Origin: Octopus vulgaris | Lineage: Eukaryota | Direction of reading: 5' to 3' | DNA: 64,000 nucleotides | NCBI GenBank assembly: GCA_951406725.2 | Contig: OX597815.1 | Location: 201,810,001-201,874,000, forward strand | Shown: in pieces, positions 43,977 through 56,961 of the stretch | How the letters are laid out: every line of letters starts with the position of its first letter | How positions within the stretch are numbered: the stretch's first letter is position 1 | Translations under genes and position numbers: made by a program | Notes under the pieces: model-generated | Seen by the model: only the letters and a program-made list of their open reading frames with translations | Database searches by the model: none | Told to the model about the DNA's origin: nothing

Positions 43977-44034
43977 AAACGATTTCTGTTCAATCTGCGT
44001 TCAGCTCCATTTCTTCAATTCACCAATAATGTTA

Positions 44035-44097
<63 letters not shown>

Positions 44098-44699
44098 TGT
44101 AAAAGTACAACAACTATCACACAGAACATATCGTAATATCTGCGTATGAGAGAATTCTATGTAATGTCTGCTATGGAACAAGGAGAAACGAAGACGTCCC
44201 TGATTTTTATTATCTATTGCTCTATATTACGGACACTCAACTTCAAAGTTGTATAAAATCATTGAAACGTTTTTGCATTTATGAAAAATGAGAGCGGCAA
44301 AATTCTGTGTTTATAAGGACATGAATATTTTCTACAAAGAGTTAGACACTTAGCGTAAGTTCAAGAAATAGGTAAATATACTTATGCTTTTACTTTTAAT
44401 CAAGAGGTATTTCATATTATTAAATGGAGCTTATAACTACATAACTCACAGAATTACCCACTGATTTAATGCATTGTTTGCGCAAGGAAACGCTTAGCGG
44501 TGATACATATTGTAGTACTTTTGTTATATTATAGTATATGGTATTTTTCTGCCGTATATATCTTGGTACTATCGAATGAAATTTTCAGTTTGCTTATCCA
44601 GAATAGTGTATTTGCGATATTAATTTTCTTAAACTTCTTCACAGAATGACTTGATACACAAAAGCACTCACACACAGACACACACACATATCATTTTAT

Positions 44700-44871
44700 T
44701 CGTTTATTTGTTTCAAGCATTTGGATGCGGCCATGCTTTGGTCGAACAAATCGATCTCAGGACATATTCTATCGGTCTCTTTTGCGTAACAGCTAAGTTA
44801 CGGGGACGTCAACACAACAACATCGATTGTCAAGGGATGGTGTGGGACAAACACAGACACAAATAAACGCA

Positions 44872-44942
<71 letters not shown>

Positions 44943-45047
44943 GACGTGCTTCATTCAGTTTCCGTCTACCAAGGACACTTGCCCAAAATGCCACGCAGTG
45001 GGACGGAACCCTGAACCAAGCTTCTTACCTCAGGGTCACTCATGCAC
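44700..45047 (-). mobile_element. SINE family B, deleted and diverged
   Basis: Homology to 13488-13888. Confidence 0.7.
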
Positions 45048-45061
45048 CGATATATATATAT

Positions 45062-46980
45062 ATTCTTCAACATGGGTAGAAATATAGGAAAAATAGAAGT
45101 TTGAAAATACACAGGGAATAGTTAAAATCTGTATTATTATTAGTTTAAAAGATTTAACCGGTTTCACAATTTACACTCATTTTCGATAAGTTGAAATAGA
45201 AAGATGGGGCTTATGTCGCAGCTGTCTTCTGACTTGTGTTTGAAGCTTACCCCCCTATTCTTATAGGGAGTTCGGTGGCTCAGATTAGTATACGTTTTGA
45301 ATAGAGGATCGACCCATTACTGGAACTGAAAATGTTTGGCTCCATAAGTTGAGACTAATTGACTGTAAATGTCCAAATAATAAATGCTCTGAATGTTTTC
45401 TGTCAAGTATGTATAGAGAATGAACACGTGATTAGAGTTTAGAACCTTTTGTACTTAACCCGCTACGTCCGTGCGTTAGTGTCACGTGACAGTATACTTA
45501 GCGCTTAAAAAGAAAGCTGATACGGTTAAATAAACATATTTCGTTACAATCAAGGCACTCCAATTTTACTCTGTCTGGTGTGAGAGTATAAAGGAGTCGC
45601 TTGTATGTGGTCCAGTGATTAACATTTAGGTTGTTAGCTATGTAGGTTCCTCACTTTAAGTGGCAGAATGAGTTTTGTGTGTGAATATTTATATTTGTAT
45701 GTACTCGGTTAAAGTTTGTTAAGATTCGGTTCGTACACTTGTATGAAAGTATTTCCTTTGTTTATCCGTGTTTCATCAGTGGTATTCACTGAACATAGGT
45801 AGAGTAGGAAGAGCTGGAATTTGGATGACTTTTTTTTTTTTGGCACATATGTCTATTTATTCACTCAATGCAATCTGTCTAGTACTAGGATCTCGCATTT
45901 GTTTTCGGTGAATGGTCAGCCGATTTTTTAAAGTAAGCTTTGCTCGACATATGTAATCATCATTACATCGCTAATATTTGATAGTTTACTACCATCCCCC
46001 TTGTTTTACAATTGTTTCTGGAGAGATTACATCTTTTCTTTGGTGGCAGCTTTCATTATTGTAAAAACAAATTACGAACATAGTAAATTCCTTTAAGAAC
46101 AGGTAAAGTGATTTTTAAGGTAAAAATCTGTCTTGCTTTGAAATTGTATGTTGTGTCTTCCATAAGCTTGATGAAAATCCTGGGACTGAGGCGACCACAC
46201 TTTTTCACTGTTGGTGTTGGAATTGTTAAACGTAATTTTGCACTTGTGAGAAATGTTTTAAGGGAATTTGATTGTATTTTACTTTTGATTATTTTGCGTA
46301 CTTCGAAAGCTTGTTTCATTTTGGGGGTTTCTTTTAGTAGTGTGATATTCTCGTGGATAACGTTACAAACCTCTGTTCCTCGGGTTGTGTGTTGTAATAA
46401 AGGGTAGAATATTAGATGTATCTGTAGAGGTTTTCGTTGGTTGTAGTTCTTAGGTATTTATTGTTTTGGCATATTTTATCCCGTTATCTGTTAATATTAA
46501 TGGATATTGTATTTTAAGTAGTATTGGTTTTAGTTCCTGGAGTCTTTCATTGCGCATCTCCGGTTTTAGACAAATGTGTAAATTCTTCTTGCTAGATTAA
46601 AGGGAATGTTATACTTTGTGCGTTTGGGATGGAATGACGAGAACAGAAAGGCGGCGAGCTGGCAGAAACGTTAGCACGCCGGGCGAAATGCTTTGTGGTA
46701 TTCCGTCCACCGCTGCGTTCTGAGTTCAAATTCCGCCGAGGTCGACTTTGCCTTTCATCCTTTCCGGGTCGATAAATTAAGTACCAGTTACGCACTGGGG
46801 TCGATCTAATCGACTTAATCCATTTGTCTGTCCTTGTTTGTCCCCTCTATGTTTAGCCCCTTGTGGGCAATTAAGAAATAAGAAAGTATTGTTTAGAATC
46901 TGCTTGTTTGTAGAGAATGTGTTGCAATGTTTTTATCGCATTTGTTGATTAGTATATCCAATAATAGTTGTTGAGTCACA
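45062..46980 (-). mobile_element. Decayed Penelope-like element (RT C-terminus, GIY-YIG endonuclease, 3' region ending at (TA)n)
   Basis: LPFITTHNPR; LTLKNRLTIHRKQMRDPSTRQIALSE..DICA; FIQVYEPNLN; degenerate hammerhead remnant gaaaccggtt at ~45155-45185; interrupted by a SINE at 46648. Confidence 0.75.
46648..46885 (+). mobile_element. SINE family A inserted in the Penelope-like element
   Basis: Near-identical to 847-1077. Confidence 0.9.
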
Positions 46981-46999
46981 TTTATTCACTCACTTTTGA

Positions 47000-48442
47000 T
47001 AAGACTATAATATTGTTATGTTACAAATATGCTACAAAAATAGAAATTAATGTGTAATTTTTTCTATGTTCGTAATTTGTTTTTACAATAACGAAAGCTG
47101 CCACCAAAGAAAAGATGTAATCTCTCCAGAAACAATTGTAAAACAAGGGGGATGGTAGTAAACCGAAGGCGAGAGTATCGAGAGAGACAGGAGATGGGTC
47201 TTTCTCAATATCAGCAAACGCATGCTTCAGCGCGACAATTAGAGTCTGAAGAGAGAAGGAAGATAAGACTTTCACAAGATCAGCAAATACATGCTGCGGC
47301 ACGACAGCTGGAGTCTCAATACAGACGGAAGATGAGACTTTCCCAAGATCAGCAAACGTGTGTTGCAGCACATCAAATGGAGTCTCAAGAGAGAATTGAA
47401 GTGAGACATTCCTAAGATCAGCAAAGGCCTGCTGCAGCACGTCAGACTGATGAAACCTTCCCAAAATTTCCAATTGAAACTAATGGCATGTGCGGCTCAG
47501 TCGGTAATGTAAGATTTCCATCACTACCAGCTCCTCTTCAACCTTTTATAGATCTTCTGGATGGCATTTCCATCAAGTCAAAGGATTTTATGAACAATGA
47601 GCAGTATCGCCCGGCGTTGCTCGGGTTTCTAAGGGAAATAACTATATAAGCATTTTTAGAGATGTAAAGTATAATAGCCATCTCAATATGGCTAAGCACA
47701 TAGGAGGCGGTGTTACTGTAGCTTTTTACGTTCTGAGATTTAATAATAAATTTTTAGAGAGTTACTTCCCTTATATATGCCAAAAATGCATTAAAAAATG
47801 GGAAAAAATTGATGGTAATTTTTTTTAAATCGTAGACTCATCGTAGACACGCGCTAATACCCAGAAGAGTTCGATATGAATCACGAATATAAGATACCCG
47901 GTTTTGGTTAAACTGCACCGCAAAATGTGGGAGTAGTTAGGAATCTAAATCGTAGGAGACAGACAGCACACAACCTCTCTTTTATATATAAAGATATTAG
48001 ACAATGCAATTCTGCTTTTAAAACGAAATCGTTTGATGCATCTAAGGAGATAGTTAAACATGGATTTACGCCAAGCTTCAAATTTCAAGGGCAAGTCTAT
48101 CACCTCATTGCTTTCCTGTTACCCACAAATGAACAACTACACTTCCTCTAAATTTACAACAATGTGTCGTGTTAGACGCAGCGCCGACTGCTGCAAAGGA
48201 GAGTATATCCACTCACAGCTTTTCGGTGCATTTAAAAATCACATAGCCGCTCACCCCCAATTTCCATGACCGGTTGGAGCCTGGAATATGTTAAACAGAG
48301 GCATGACATGTCGCTATCTCTAACTAGCAAATCTTTTACTCCACAAATGTTTTGTCGTCAATGCTGCACGTTCCCGTATCACCTATTTCAAAATATATAC
48401 TATGCCATTTTAATTCCGAGCAACGCCGGGTATCTCTGCTAG
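47000..48442 (+). mobile_element. Deleted Helitron retaining the N-terminal part of RepHel and its 3' end
   Basis: 23-aa repeats (LESEERRKIRLSQDQQIHAAARQ); GMCGSVGNVRFPSLP..SKDFMNN/IRQCNSAF..GFTPSFKFQGQVYHLIAFLLP; 3' hairpin ccgagcaacgccggg then CTAG at 48439-48442; 5' boundary approximate. Confidence 0.85.
47598..47994 (-). mobile_element. Non-autonomous Helitron nested in the RepHel coding sequence
   Basis: Same termini as 16961-17346; removing it restores the frame M-N-N-I-R-Q-C-N-S-A-F at an A|T site. Confidence 0.85.
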
Positions 48443-48463
48443 TACATATATATGCGGTTGTGC

Positions 48464-48515
<52 letters not shown>

Positions 48516-48587
48516 TTGTTGTTTCGCTTGTCCGCCTTTGTATCGTCTATCTTTCCGAAAGTTTTAATGTCTTCTATTGCGTTTGTG

Positions 48588-48633
<46 letters not shown>

Positions 48634-48704
48634 CATATATGCATATATACACACATACATGTACATGCCTACATATATATGTATATATATATGCATATAT
48701 GGGT

Positions 48705-49000
48705 ACAGGACGTCAAAAAATCTGTGAACAAAATGAGAAACGTGAACAAAAAACAAAACCTTGGAAAACGAAATGAAAGAAACAATGAAAGAAACAAATA
48801 GAGAGATGAGACGAGACAGCAACATAAAGAACATTCTGTTCATCAGTTGTCCCCTGTTCTATTTACTCCGCGTACTGAATTTAGGGACAAGACGTGACTT
48901 CGTTAAAACAGTCCTTCCTGCAAACATATTAAATACAATTTGGGATATTTTGTGGAGGTTTAAAGGGGTAATAAAAACAAGACAGTAAGAACAAAACAGT
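48705..49000 (-). repeat. Dispersed repeat with a CTGATGA motif, next to a TA-rich tract; second copy at 52455-52740
   Basis: Two diverged homologous copies in the window. Confidence 0.65.
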
Positions 49001-49849
49001 AAAAACAAGCGGTGGGTGATCTTAAGCCATAACAAGGTGAAGTGGTGAACGCTGGAAAAACGAGCTTTGAGAAGAGACAGGGAAAAGCACGTCTTGTCTT
49101 TAGAAAGTAAGTGGAAGAAAGAAAGATAGATAGCTGTTGGTCTCGTGTGAGCAACGTGAGAGTCAAGTGAGAGGGAGAGAGATGGAACGGTGAAGGGAAG
49201 ATTAGAATTAGAGAAAGGGTGGGAGAGAAAAATAGAAATGAAGAAGTACAAGATGAGGAAATATATATATCGGGTGGGTTGTATAGAGTATTTGAAGTGA
49301 CGTAAGGATATTGAATAGTAAGGAAAAGGAAGCAGTAAGAATTTTGGGTAATACTTTGTCAGCGCTTTCATTCATACAATGAGGATTTTTCAGAATAAAT
49401 TTTAGATACTTCCTTGGTGTTTACATATATGGAAAGGAAGACAGCTGAAACAGTAAAGAGGAAGCGAGGAAGCGAGAAAGGGGGGGAGAGAGAGAGACTA
49501 TGTATTACTTTTGGTGGTGCGGCCCGTGAACAGGTGGCTAATGACATTTCAAGATGTCAATTTTGGTTTTTTTAAAGAAAGGGCGAAAAAAGGCAGGAAG
49601 GAACATGGGAGGGAAAGAAAAAGAAAAAGAAGAAAATGAAAGTGATAAAGGAGTAAGACAGAGCGATGGGCTTCTTTTCAACTGTATTGAATTTATGTGA
49701 TCACTATTACGATTCAAGATGCTTATTTTTATTTAGTTATTGATTTTGTATGCATGTAACTTCCTATCTTTCTCTTTCTCTTTCTTCCTGTCTCTCTCTC
49801 TCTCTTCCTTTCTCTCTCTCTCTCAAAACCTTTTATTGAATCCTTTCCT

Positions 49850-50062
49850 TTTTTACTACGAGCACAAAATCTGAATTTCTGGTGGAGGAACAGAGTCGAT
49901 TACTTCGATCAAAGTGATATATTGGTACTTAATTTATCGACCCCGAAAGGCTAAAAGGCAAAGTCAACCTCACCAGAATTTGAACTCCCAACGTAAAAAT
50001 GCGATCGAAATACTGCTAAGCATTTGGTCCGGTATCCTAACGATTCTGCCAGCTTGCTGCTT
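49850..50062 (-). mobile_element. SINE family A, diverged
   Basis: ggtacttaatttatcgaccccgaaagg...aatttgaactc...ctgccagctt. Confidence 0.8.
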
Positions 50063-51625
50063 ATATTGAATTGTAAGTAAATTGTATTGAGTTACACTAT
50101 CGCATGCACATCAATATTACATATCGTTTACTGGCGTGTGAGTTTGCTGCGCCAAAATTATAGATGATAATACAAAGTAGGAGTAAGATAAATAGTTTTA
50201 TAACTTTATAATATCTTTTCCAAATCTTTGCCCCTCAGGATCTAATTCGAAATAAATAGAATGTTGGTCACTTATTTATCATCTCAGTACATTGTAACCC
50301 ATAATTTGATGTGCTTTAAAATCCTATGAAAAATATTTTTCATTTGAATTGTAAATTCTGAGAGGCAAATTCGTGTCATTTTAGAAGATAATATATCTTT
50401 TTTATTGTTTGTCAATTATAGAATTTATATGAGGCCTTGGAGATGTTTATAGAGAACACTTCTATTATTTATGTTCAAAGCTGACAGGTTGTATGATATC
50501 TTTAATGGATTATCGTAATTTTAAATTAAAGTCATTACTTTCCATCTCAGTTTGACAAAGCTTTTCTATATTTAGTAGAATTCTTTAGAAACAGTTAAAA
50601 GCTCCTTATATGACATTACTTCATAAATTGTGTCTAATCTAATGATTACGTTTGTTCACTTTTTGTAAGTGATGGGCGTTGAACTACTCTTTTTTTTAAA
50701 CCATTCATTTGTTTATAGGTTAATGGGCGCAAACGTGTTACCTAAGTGCATGAATCAGTCATAAGGAATATGACCTATATTCAGATTAATTATGCTACTC
50801 AAAATTAGGATCATATATATTTAAGAGCTGCATCACACGTCACAAAATATACTTTGTGTGACTGAACTGTCCATTCACGGAAGGAGCAAAATACTATCAG
50901 AGAAACAGCAGCAAAATAGAAGATATAACAATAAAGCTTGACTTACAGGTTTTCCAAACATTTTATTCGCGATAACCATCTGCGGTAGGAATTATTTACC
51001 ATTTGCTCACTTAATTAACAATCAATAGAAATGATATATATCGCATTGAGTTAAGGAAAATTTTATTCTTATCTGAATGGGACAAAAACAACGTTTTCAA
51101 TATACCTGCACTTTAGCAAATTTTCTTTCTCGCAAAAGCGGTTGTTTCATTCACAATATCCGACTATCCTGTCGTTCTATATGTAATTTATTTTTCCTCT
51201 TTCTTTTCTCCTGCATAAGACGTGCTTCCATTTCAGATGCTTTCATCGTAACATTTTTATATGTCAATGAGTGTATTTGCTATTAAAGCTAACGATACCA
51301 TTTCTTATTCTACTGCGTTTTTAGCATGTATTGTTGTAGGGTGAAATGGCAATTTACAACGTATTTGACCATGATTTATCATAACAGGACCCCGTAATCA
51401 CTGTAAATCAGCCAAAGAGCACATGCGTGAGCGTGTTTGCGTTTCTAAAACATTCGTTTCAAGTAGTTTGTAGTGTTTGTTATGAAATACACATACAATG
51501 AAATAGCAAATACAATCTCCATTTTTAAAACTAATACTGTTTTCTACGCTTCTAAACTAAATAGTTCCCATCGTGATTGAACTACAGTCTTCATCACCTT
51601 CCTCTTGAAATATTAGTATCATTAT

Positions 51626-51908
51626 TGTGAGGAAGCAAGGCCTAGTGTTTCGAGTCTTGCACGCATGATCGTGAGATTGTCGCTTTAAATCCTAAACCGG
51701 TTGATGCGGAGTCATCTTGCGTAATACACTGCAGCTGAAGAGCTTCTGCTGTCGCAGCGACACCTGACGTGTTGTGCATTTTACAATTGTTCGGGAAACA
51801 TCGATTTCATGAGGCGAGTTAGCTAACGTACGGCACAAACATTTGATCACTATATACAAATAATATCTGCAGGTCATTCGGCAAAAGCTGAAGGCTCATA
51901 CCTTCTTC

Positions 51909-51940
<32 letters not shown>
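51626..51940 (+). mobile_element. SINE family C with (TTA)n tail followed by (CTA)n
   Basis: Homologous to 1955-2287; tail microsatellite extends to 52008. Confidence 0.6.
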
Positions 51941-51946
51941 TATTAT

Positions 51947-52008
<62 letters not shown>

Positions 52009-52089
52009 TCTTTGTGTAGATATTTGTACCTAAATTATTTTCGCCACACTTAGCCTGCAAATATATGTTACGGTACATATATATTCTTT

Positions 52090-52270
52090 CATTTTTTAAT
52101 TTGTTTCAGTCATGTGGCAGATGCTATACTGGAGCTCCGCGTTTAGACGAGCAAATCGATCTCAGGACTTATAGTTTGTAAGCTCAGTACTAATTCTATC
52201 GGTCTCTTTGCCGAAACGCTAGGTTACGGTGAAGTAAACACACCAACATCGGTTGTCAAGCGATGGTGGG
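52090..52270 (-). mobile_element. SINE family B, 3' half
   Basis: ttgtttcagtcat...gagcaaatcgat...caccaacatcggttgtcaag. Confidence 0.7.
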
Positions 52271-52298
52271 TGGAGAAATAGATATACAATTACATATC

Positions 52299-52359
<61 letters not shown>

Positions 52360-52454
52360 AATTAAAAAATAAAATATATGCATACATACGTACATATATG
52401 TACGCACCTACATCTACATGTATATATGCATGCATATATAAATATATATATGTG

Positions 52455-52740
52455 AGTAAAGGACACCACAAATAAACGTAGAACTCAACGAGAAACGAAA
52501 ACGTAAAAACAAACGTGGAAACGGACTTTTTTTAACAACGAAAAAACAGAGTACAAGACAAACAACAAAAGGAAAATTCCCCTTCATCAGCTGTCCCTAG
52601 TTCGACTCTATGCGTGTTTCGAAGGTAAGGACAGAACACGACTCGTCGAACTAGCCCTTCCTGCGAAAGAATTAAATAAAATTCCTTTGCAAAGGGGTAA
52701 AAACAAGGAAAGAAAAAATATGACAAAAACAGGACGTATA
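52455..52740 (-). repeat. Second copy of the 48705 dispersed repeat
   Basis: ttcatcagctgtccc...ggacag...ccttcctgc shared. Confidence 0.65.
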
Positions 52741-52789
52741 TACACACACAAAAGAGAGTCAAATATACGTGCGTGTGTATATGTGTGTG

Positions 52790-54478
52790 TGTGGGGGGGG
52801 CGAGCGTATGTTCCTTATGCATTCCAAAGCGAATTGCCGATTTTGAGGTATGGGGTATCAAAAGATTCAGTAGGCTTTTGGCTACCAACTAAACTATATT
52901 TTCATTCATATATTCGCATTACAAAAGTTTATTGTTATTTTTCGTTTAGTCAATCTATCGTAAACGACAATTTATATCACCAGCACAACGTCGATGACGT
53001 CACAATTTCAATATGAGTGTGTTCGCGCGTTCGTTACCTACGTTTGGCCGATGGCTAACAAGTATATGTGTACGATGGTGTATGTGGTTGTCAGTATACA
53101 TACATTTTTGTGCCGACTGACACACAGGGACAGCGATAGGTTTAAGGTATGCGTTAATGTATGTGTGTGTTTGCGTGTGTGTGTGTTTGTGTGTATGTGT
53201 CTTTGTTTATACGTGTAACTTTTTTTGGAAGTTTCTTGGACTTTAAACGAACAACAACGTTCATTTTCAAGTACTACAAACATGGAGACTTGTCTGATTT
53301 CTCACCACTCACAATACTCGCAAATATTTCTGAAATAAATATTATTCTGGTTTGTATAACAAATTCCGAAAGTTGGCGAAGAAGAAAGCCTCAACGGCTC
53401 TTTCAATATAATTGCAGAAATTTTATTCCACTCCTAACCAGTTTCAATATAATTTTTAAGAGTCCTTCCAAGCTTCTTCACCACCGAGTATCTGCATCGA
53501 ACAATCTTTTTAGGGCGTTAGTCAGTATATATGCTACAGCCTATAACGTTACACACTTAAAAATATATATAGTAATGTCAAATTAATTTATATCTTGCTA
53601 CATACATCATTCAGCAAATATTTTAAATTAACGTTCACAAAAACAGCAACTTCCTTTCTATATACTTTGTTCACCGTTCGTTTCAAAATTATAAAATAAA
53701 TTATTTTTGTATGAAAAATTGAATTATACCTTCTGAATTTTCTTGGACTTTAACTCTCTTCGCCAATATATACAATCTTGAATTTTATAACATTTAGTAC
53801 ATATTCCAAATAAATGCTGACTTTCTGCACCTATATTGATTACATTTAAAAACGTTTGATAAATTGGTGACATTACATTTTGTTATAGCATAACTATGCC
53901 ACAGAAAGTATTTTTTTGTTTCTATATTGACTACATTTCGTTTCGCTTGAACTTCGTGTAGGCACGTTGTGCTGTTTTCAAAATTATCAATTCTATGAGT
54001 GTGTGTGTGTGTGTGTGTATGTGTGTGTGTGTGTGTGTGCGTGTGTGTGTGTGTTTCTGCGTTCCTTACATGTAGAACTGTATGTATTAAAATAAGGCAC
54101 AGTCAAGAAAATTGCATTAAAAGACCTCCACTTTTCTACATGTTATGAGGAAATACCGTAACACACACACACGCACTCACTCTCTCTCACACATGCACTC
54201 ACTCTCTCTCTCTCACACACAAATACACCCCACACCCACACCCAAAGGATTATGCATATGTGTTTATGGGTGAAGGTAAAGACTACGTACGCCCTATTTT
54301 TAGGGTGAGGGTTAGGCCGAAAACTGGTGATGTGCGTATTTTTGTCCTCCGCTATGTACATGTATATGGAAGATAATGTGTGTGAGAGAGAGGGAGAGAG
54401 GAAGAGAGAGCGTGCGTGCCACTTATACATGCAAACAAAATCATACATCACAATACTCACTTTCACTCAATCAGTCTT

Positions 54479-54543
<65 letters not shown>

Positions 54544-55648
54544 CCATTTCATATACACGTACATCTTACACTTTCTACTCTACTTTTACTTTCTCTCCTC
54601 ACTTGAAAGCAAATGTTACCTTTTCACTTTATCCTATCTTTCAATTTCTGATCTCTTCGAAGCATACAGAAATTAAAACAATTTACGGAAATTAACGAAC
54701 CATTATATGATCCCAGAAATATCGAGTTGACAACTTTGCTTCTTCAAACGAAAGAATGCCAGTAAATAACATCCTTTGATACACATACACACAATCTACG
54801 TTAAACCTTTGTGAGAATTATGTCATTTCTTGCAGTCTGCAGGCACACATTACAGCTAAATCCAATTGAAATGATCTTTTTCAATTGTATAATTTGCGAT
54901 TGTAATGGGTGTATTTGAAAACCTGATCTACGATATAAACGTAAAAAGAAGTTTACCTAGAAATCCTGTCCTCTATCTCTTCTTTCTAGCATGTCCGAGG
55001 TGACATTTCCGTCCCCCACTTATTTTTTTTTTTCCTAAATTTCTTCCGATTCCTATGTTTGCGATACAGGAGATTAGAATTTCACCAACATAACGCGGTC
55101 TCAAGATTTTAATTGTCTCCCTCTCCACACCATATTCATTTTTTACATGAAGAAAAACCAGAGTGTACGAGTCGTGAAGAATTTTACCTATCAACATATC
55201 TGGGCGAATGGTTGGTGAGGTGGGGGAAGGGGTTTTGTGTGTTTCTTTAAGAAAAATTAAATCATGAAAAATATATATATTTACATATTTCCCAAATTCG
55301 TAATCCCTATTTTTTTCTACGTAGATACAAAAAAAAAAAATTTTCAAAAAGTTACAAATTAAGAAATTGCGGTGGGATAGGAGGAAATTAAAATATTGAA
55401 AACGTGATTTCTGGACAAAATCAAATTAACCCACTTTTATACGATGAAACAAGGTGTTCCTTCTGATCTTTTCTGATTCTTCTTAAGAACAGAAAGCACT
55501 TTCATGCAAATTGCACCCTCGCTTTTCACTATTAAACAAACAATAACTTCCACTATTCCATGAACTATATATCAGCTGTGCATATTCTTTCCATAGACGA
55601 TGTGCTTGTAAGTCTTAACACCCGGGCAACGCCAGGATGAACTGCTAG
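52790..55648 (+). mobile_element. Probable ~2.9-kb non-autonomous Helitron
   Basis: 5' part homologous to 61725-62105 (ttgccgattttga..ggtatcaaaagattcagta..ctaccaactaaact); 3' hairpin cccgggcaacgccagg then CTAG at 55645-55648; continuity between the two ends is inferred. Confidence 0.5.
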
Positions 55649-55667
55649 TATATATATATATATATAT

Positions 55668-55831
55668 ACGACGGACTTCTTTCTGTTTCCATCTACCAAA
55701 TTCACTCGCAAGGCTTTGGTTGGCCCGATGCTATAGTACGAGACGCTTGCCTAAGCTGCCATGCTGCGGGACTGAAACGGGAACCATGTGGTTGGGAAGC
55801 AAGCTTCGTACCACACAGCCACTCCTGCGGC
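55668..55831 (-). mobile_element. SINE family B, 5' half
   Basis: cttctttctgtttccatctaccaaatt...accacacagccactcctgc. Confidence 0.75.
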
Positions 55832-56734
55832 TATATTTGTGTGTGTGTAGGTTTAAGTGTACAACAGGTAGAGGACGGTACTCAACACACTTGATAGGAG
55901 TTACATACTTATGAATTGTTTGAGTCAAACCGTCATTAAATAATATATACACATACATAAACATACATACAGACACACACATATACAGAGGCAGAGAGAT
56001 TAACAGCGCGAGTGAGACTGAGATAGAGAGAGAAAGACTTTGAATTTCAGCTTTTGTGGTAAAACTGCCATGGGAATTAATTGCTTCGAGTAGAAGTGCT
56101 TTTCGTGATGAGGTTTAAAAGTCAATGACATTGAATCTAGTGAACTTTTAAAATATTTGTCTAGTGCATTGTTTAAACAGGCATTGATGGAACTACTGTT
56201 CTTTCATAAAGTAAGTTTGTTTTTTCGTCTAATGATGTCTATACTGATTAAATCAAAATCAATTTCCTGGAATTTACCATTTCGCATTTGGCGCTTCTAA
56301 GTAGGTGTGACTATATGGTCATTCAATCTTATGCATGCCGTCGTAAATCTATTCTTCTATTCTTTTGTATTTGGTATATTTTGTATTCGGATTGTTCTGA
56401 TTGTATTTTATATTAAATTATATATATGGGCATTCCATTTTGGTTTAGTTATTCTGTCACAGAGTTTTGGTGGGTAACCATGTAGCGATCTCATATTTCA
56501 ATAAGTTTGGCTTTACAGAAGGTATTTCTTTTATAGATTTCAAATTTTACATTATATATCAAGTTGGTGATATTTGGTTTGAATATATCCAGATCTTTGA
56601 GCTTCAGTGTGCAACGATGTTTTCGTTGTTCGATAGTGTTCCATGTTCATTTGGTTTCTCTATTCCAGGGTAGTTCACGACCTGTTGCAAACAATTCCAA
56701 ACACCATACATATGCACACACAAACACCAATCTA

Positions 56735-56787
<53 letters not shown>

Positions 56788-56866
56788 TATATATATATGT
56801 ACATATATATATACATACATATGTATATATATATATATACATATGTATATATATATGTATACATAC

Positions 56867-56911
<45 letters not shown>

Positions 56912-56961
56912 GTGTGTGTATATATATATACATATATATATATATATGTATATATATATAT
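56735..56961. repeat. (TA)n-rich microsatellite
   Basis: Direct reading. Confidence 0.95.

Noticed and set aside
56240-56720. Possible second Penelope endonuclease relic on the minus strand
   Set aside because: Motifs could not be reconstructed reliably by eye
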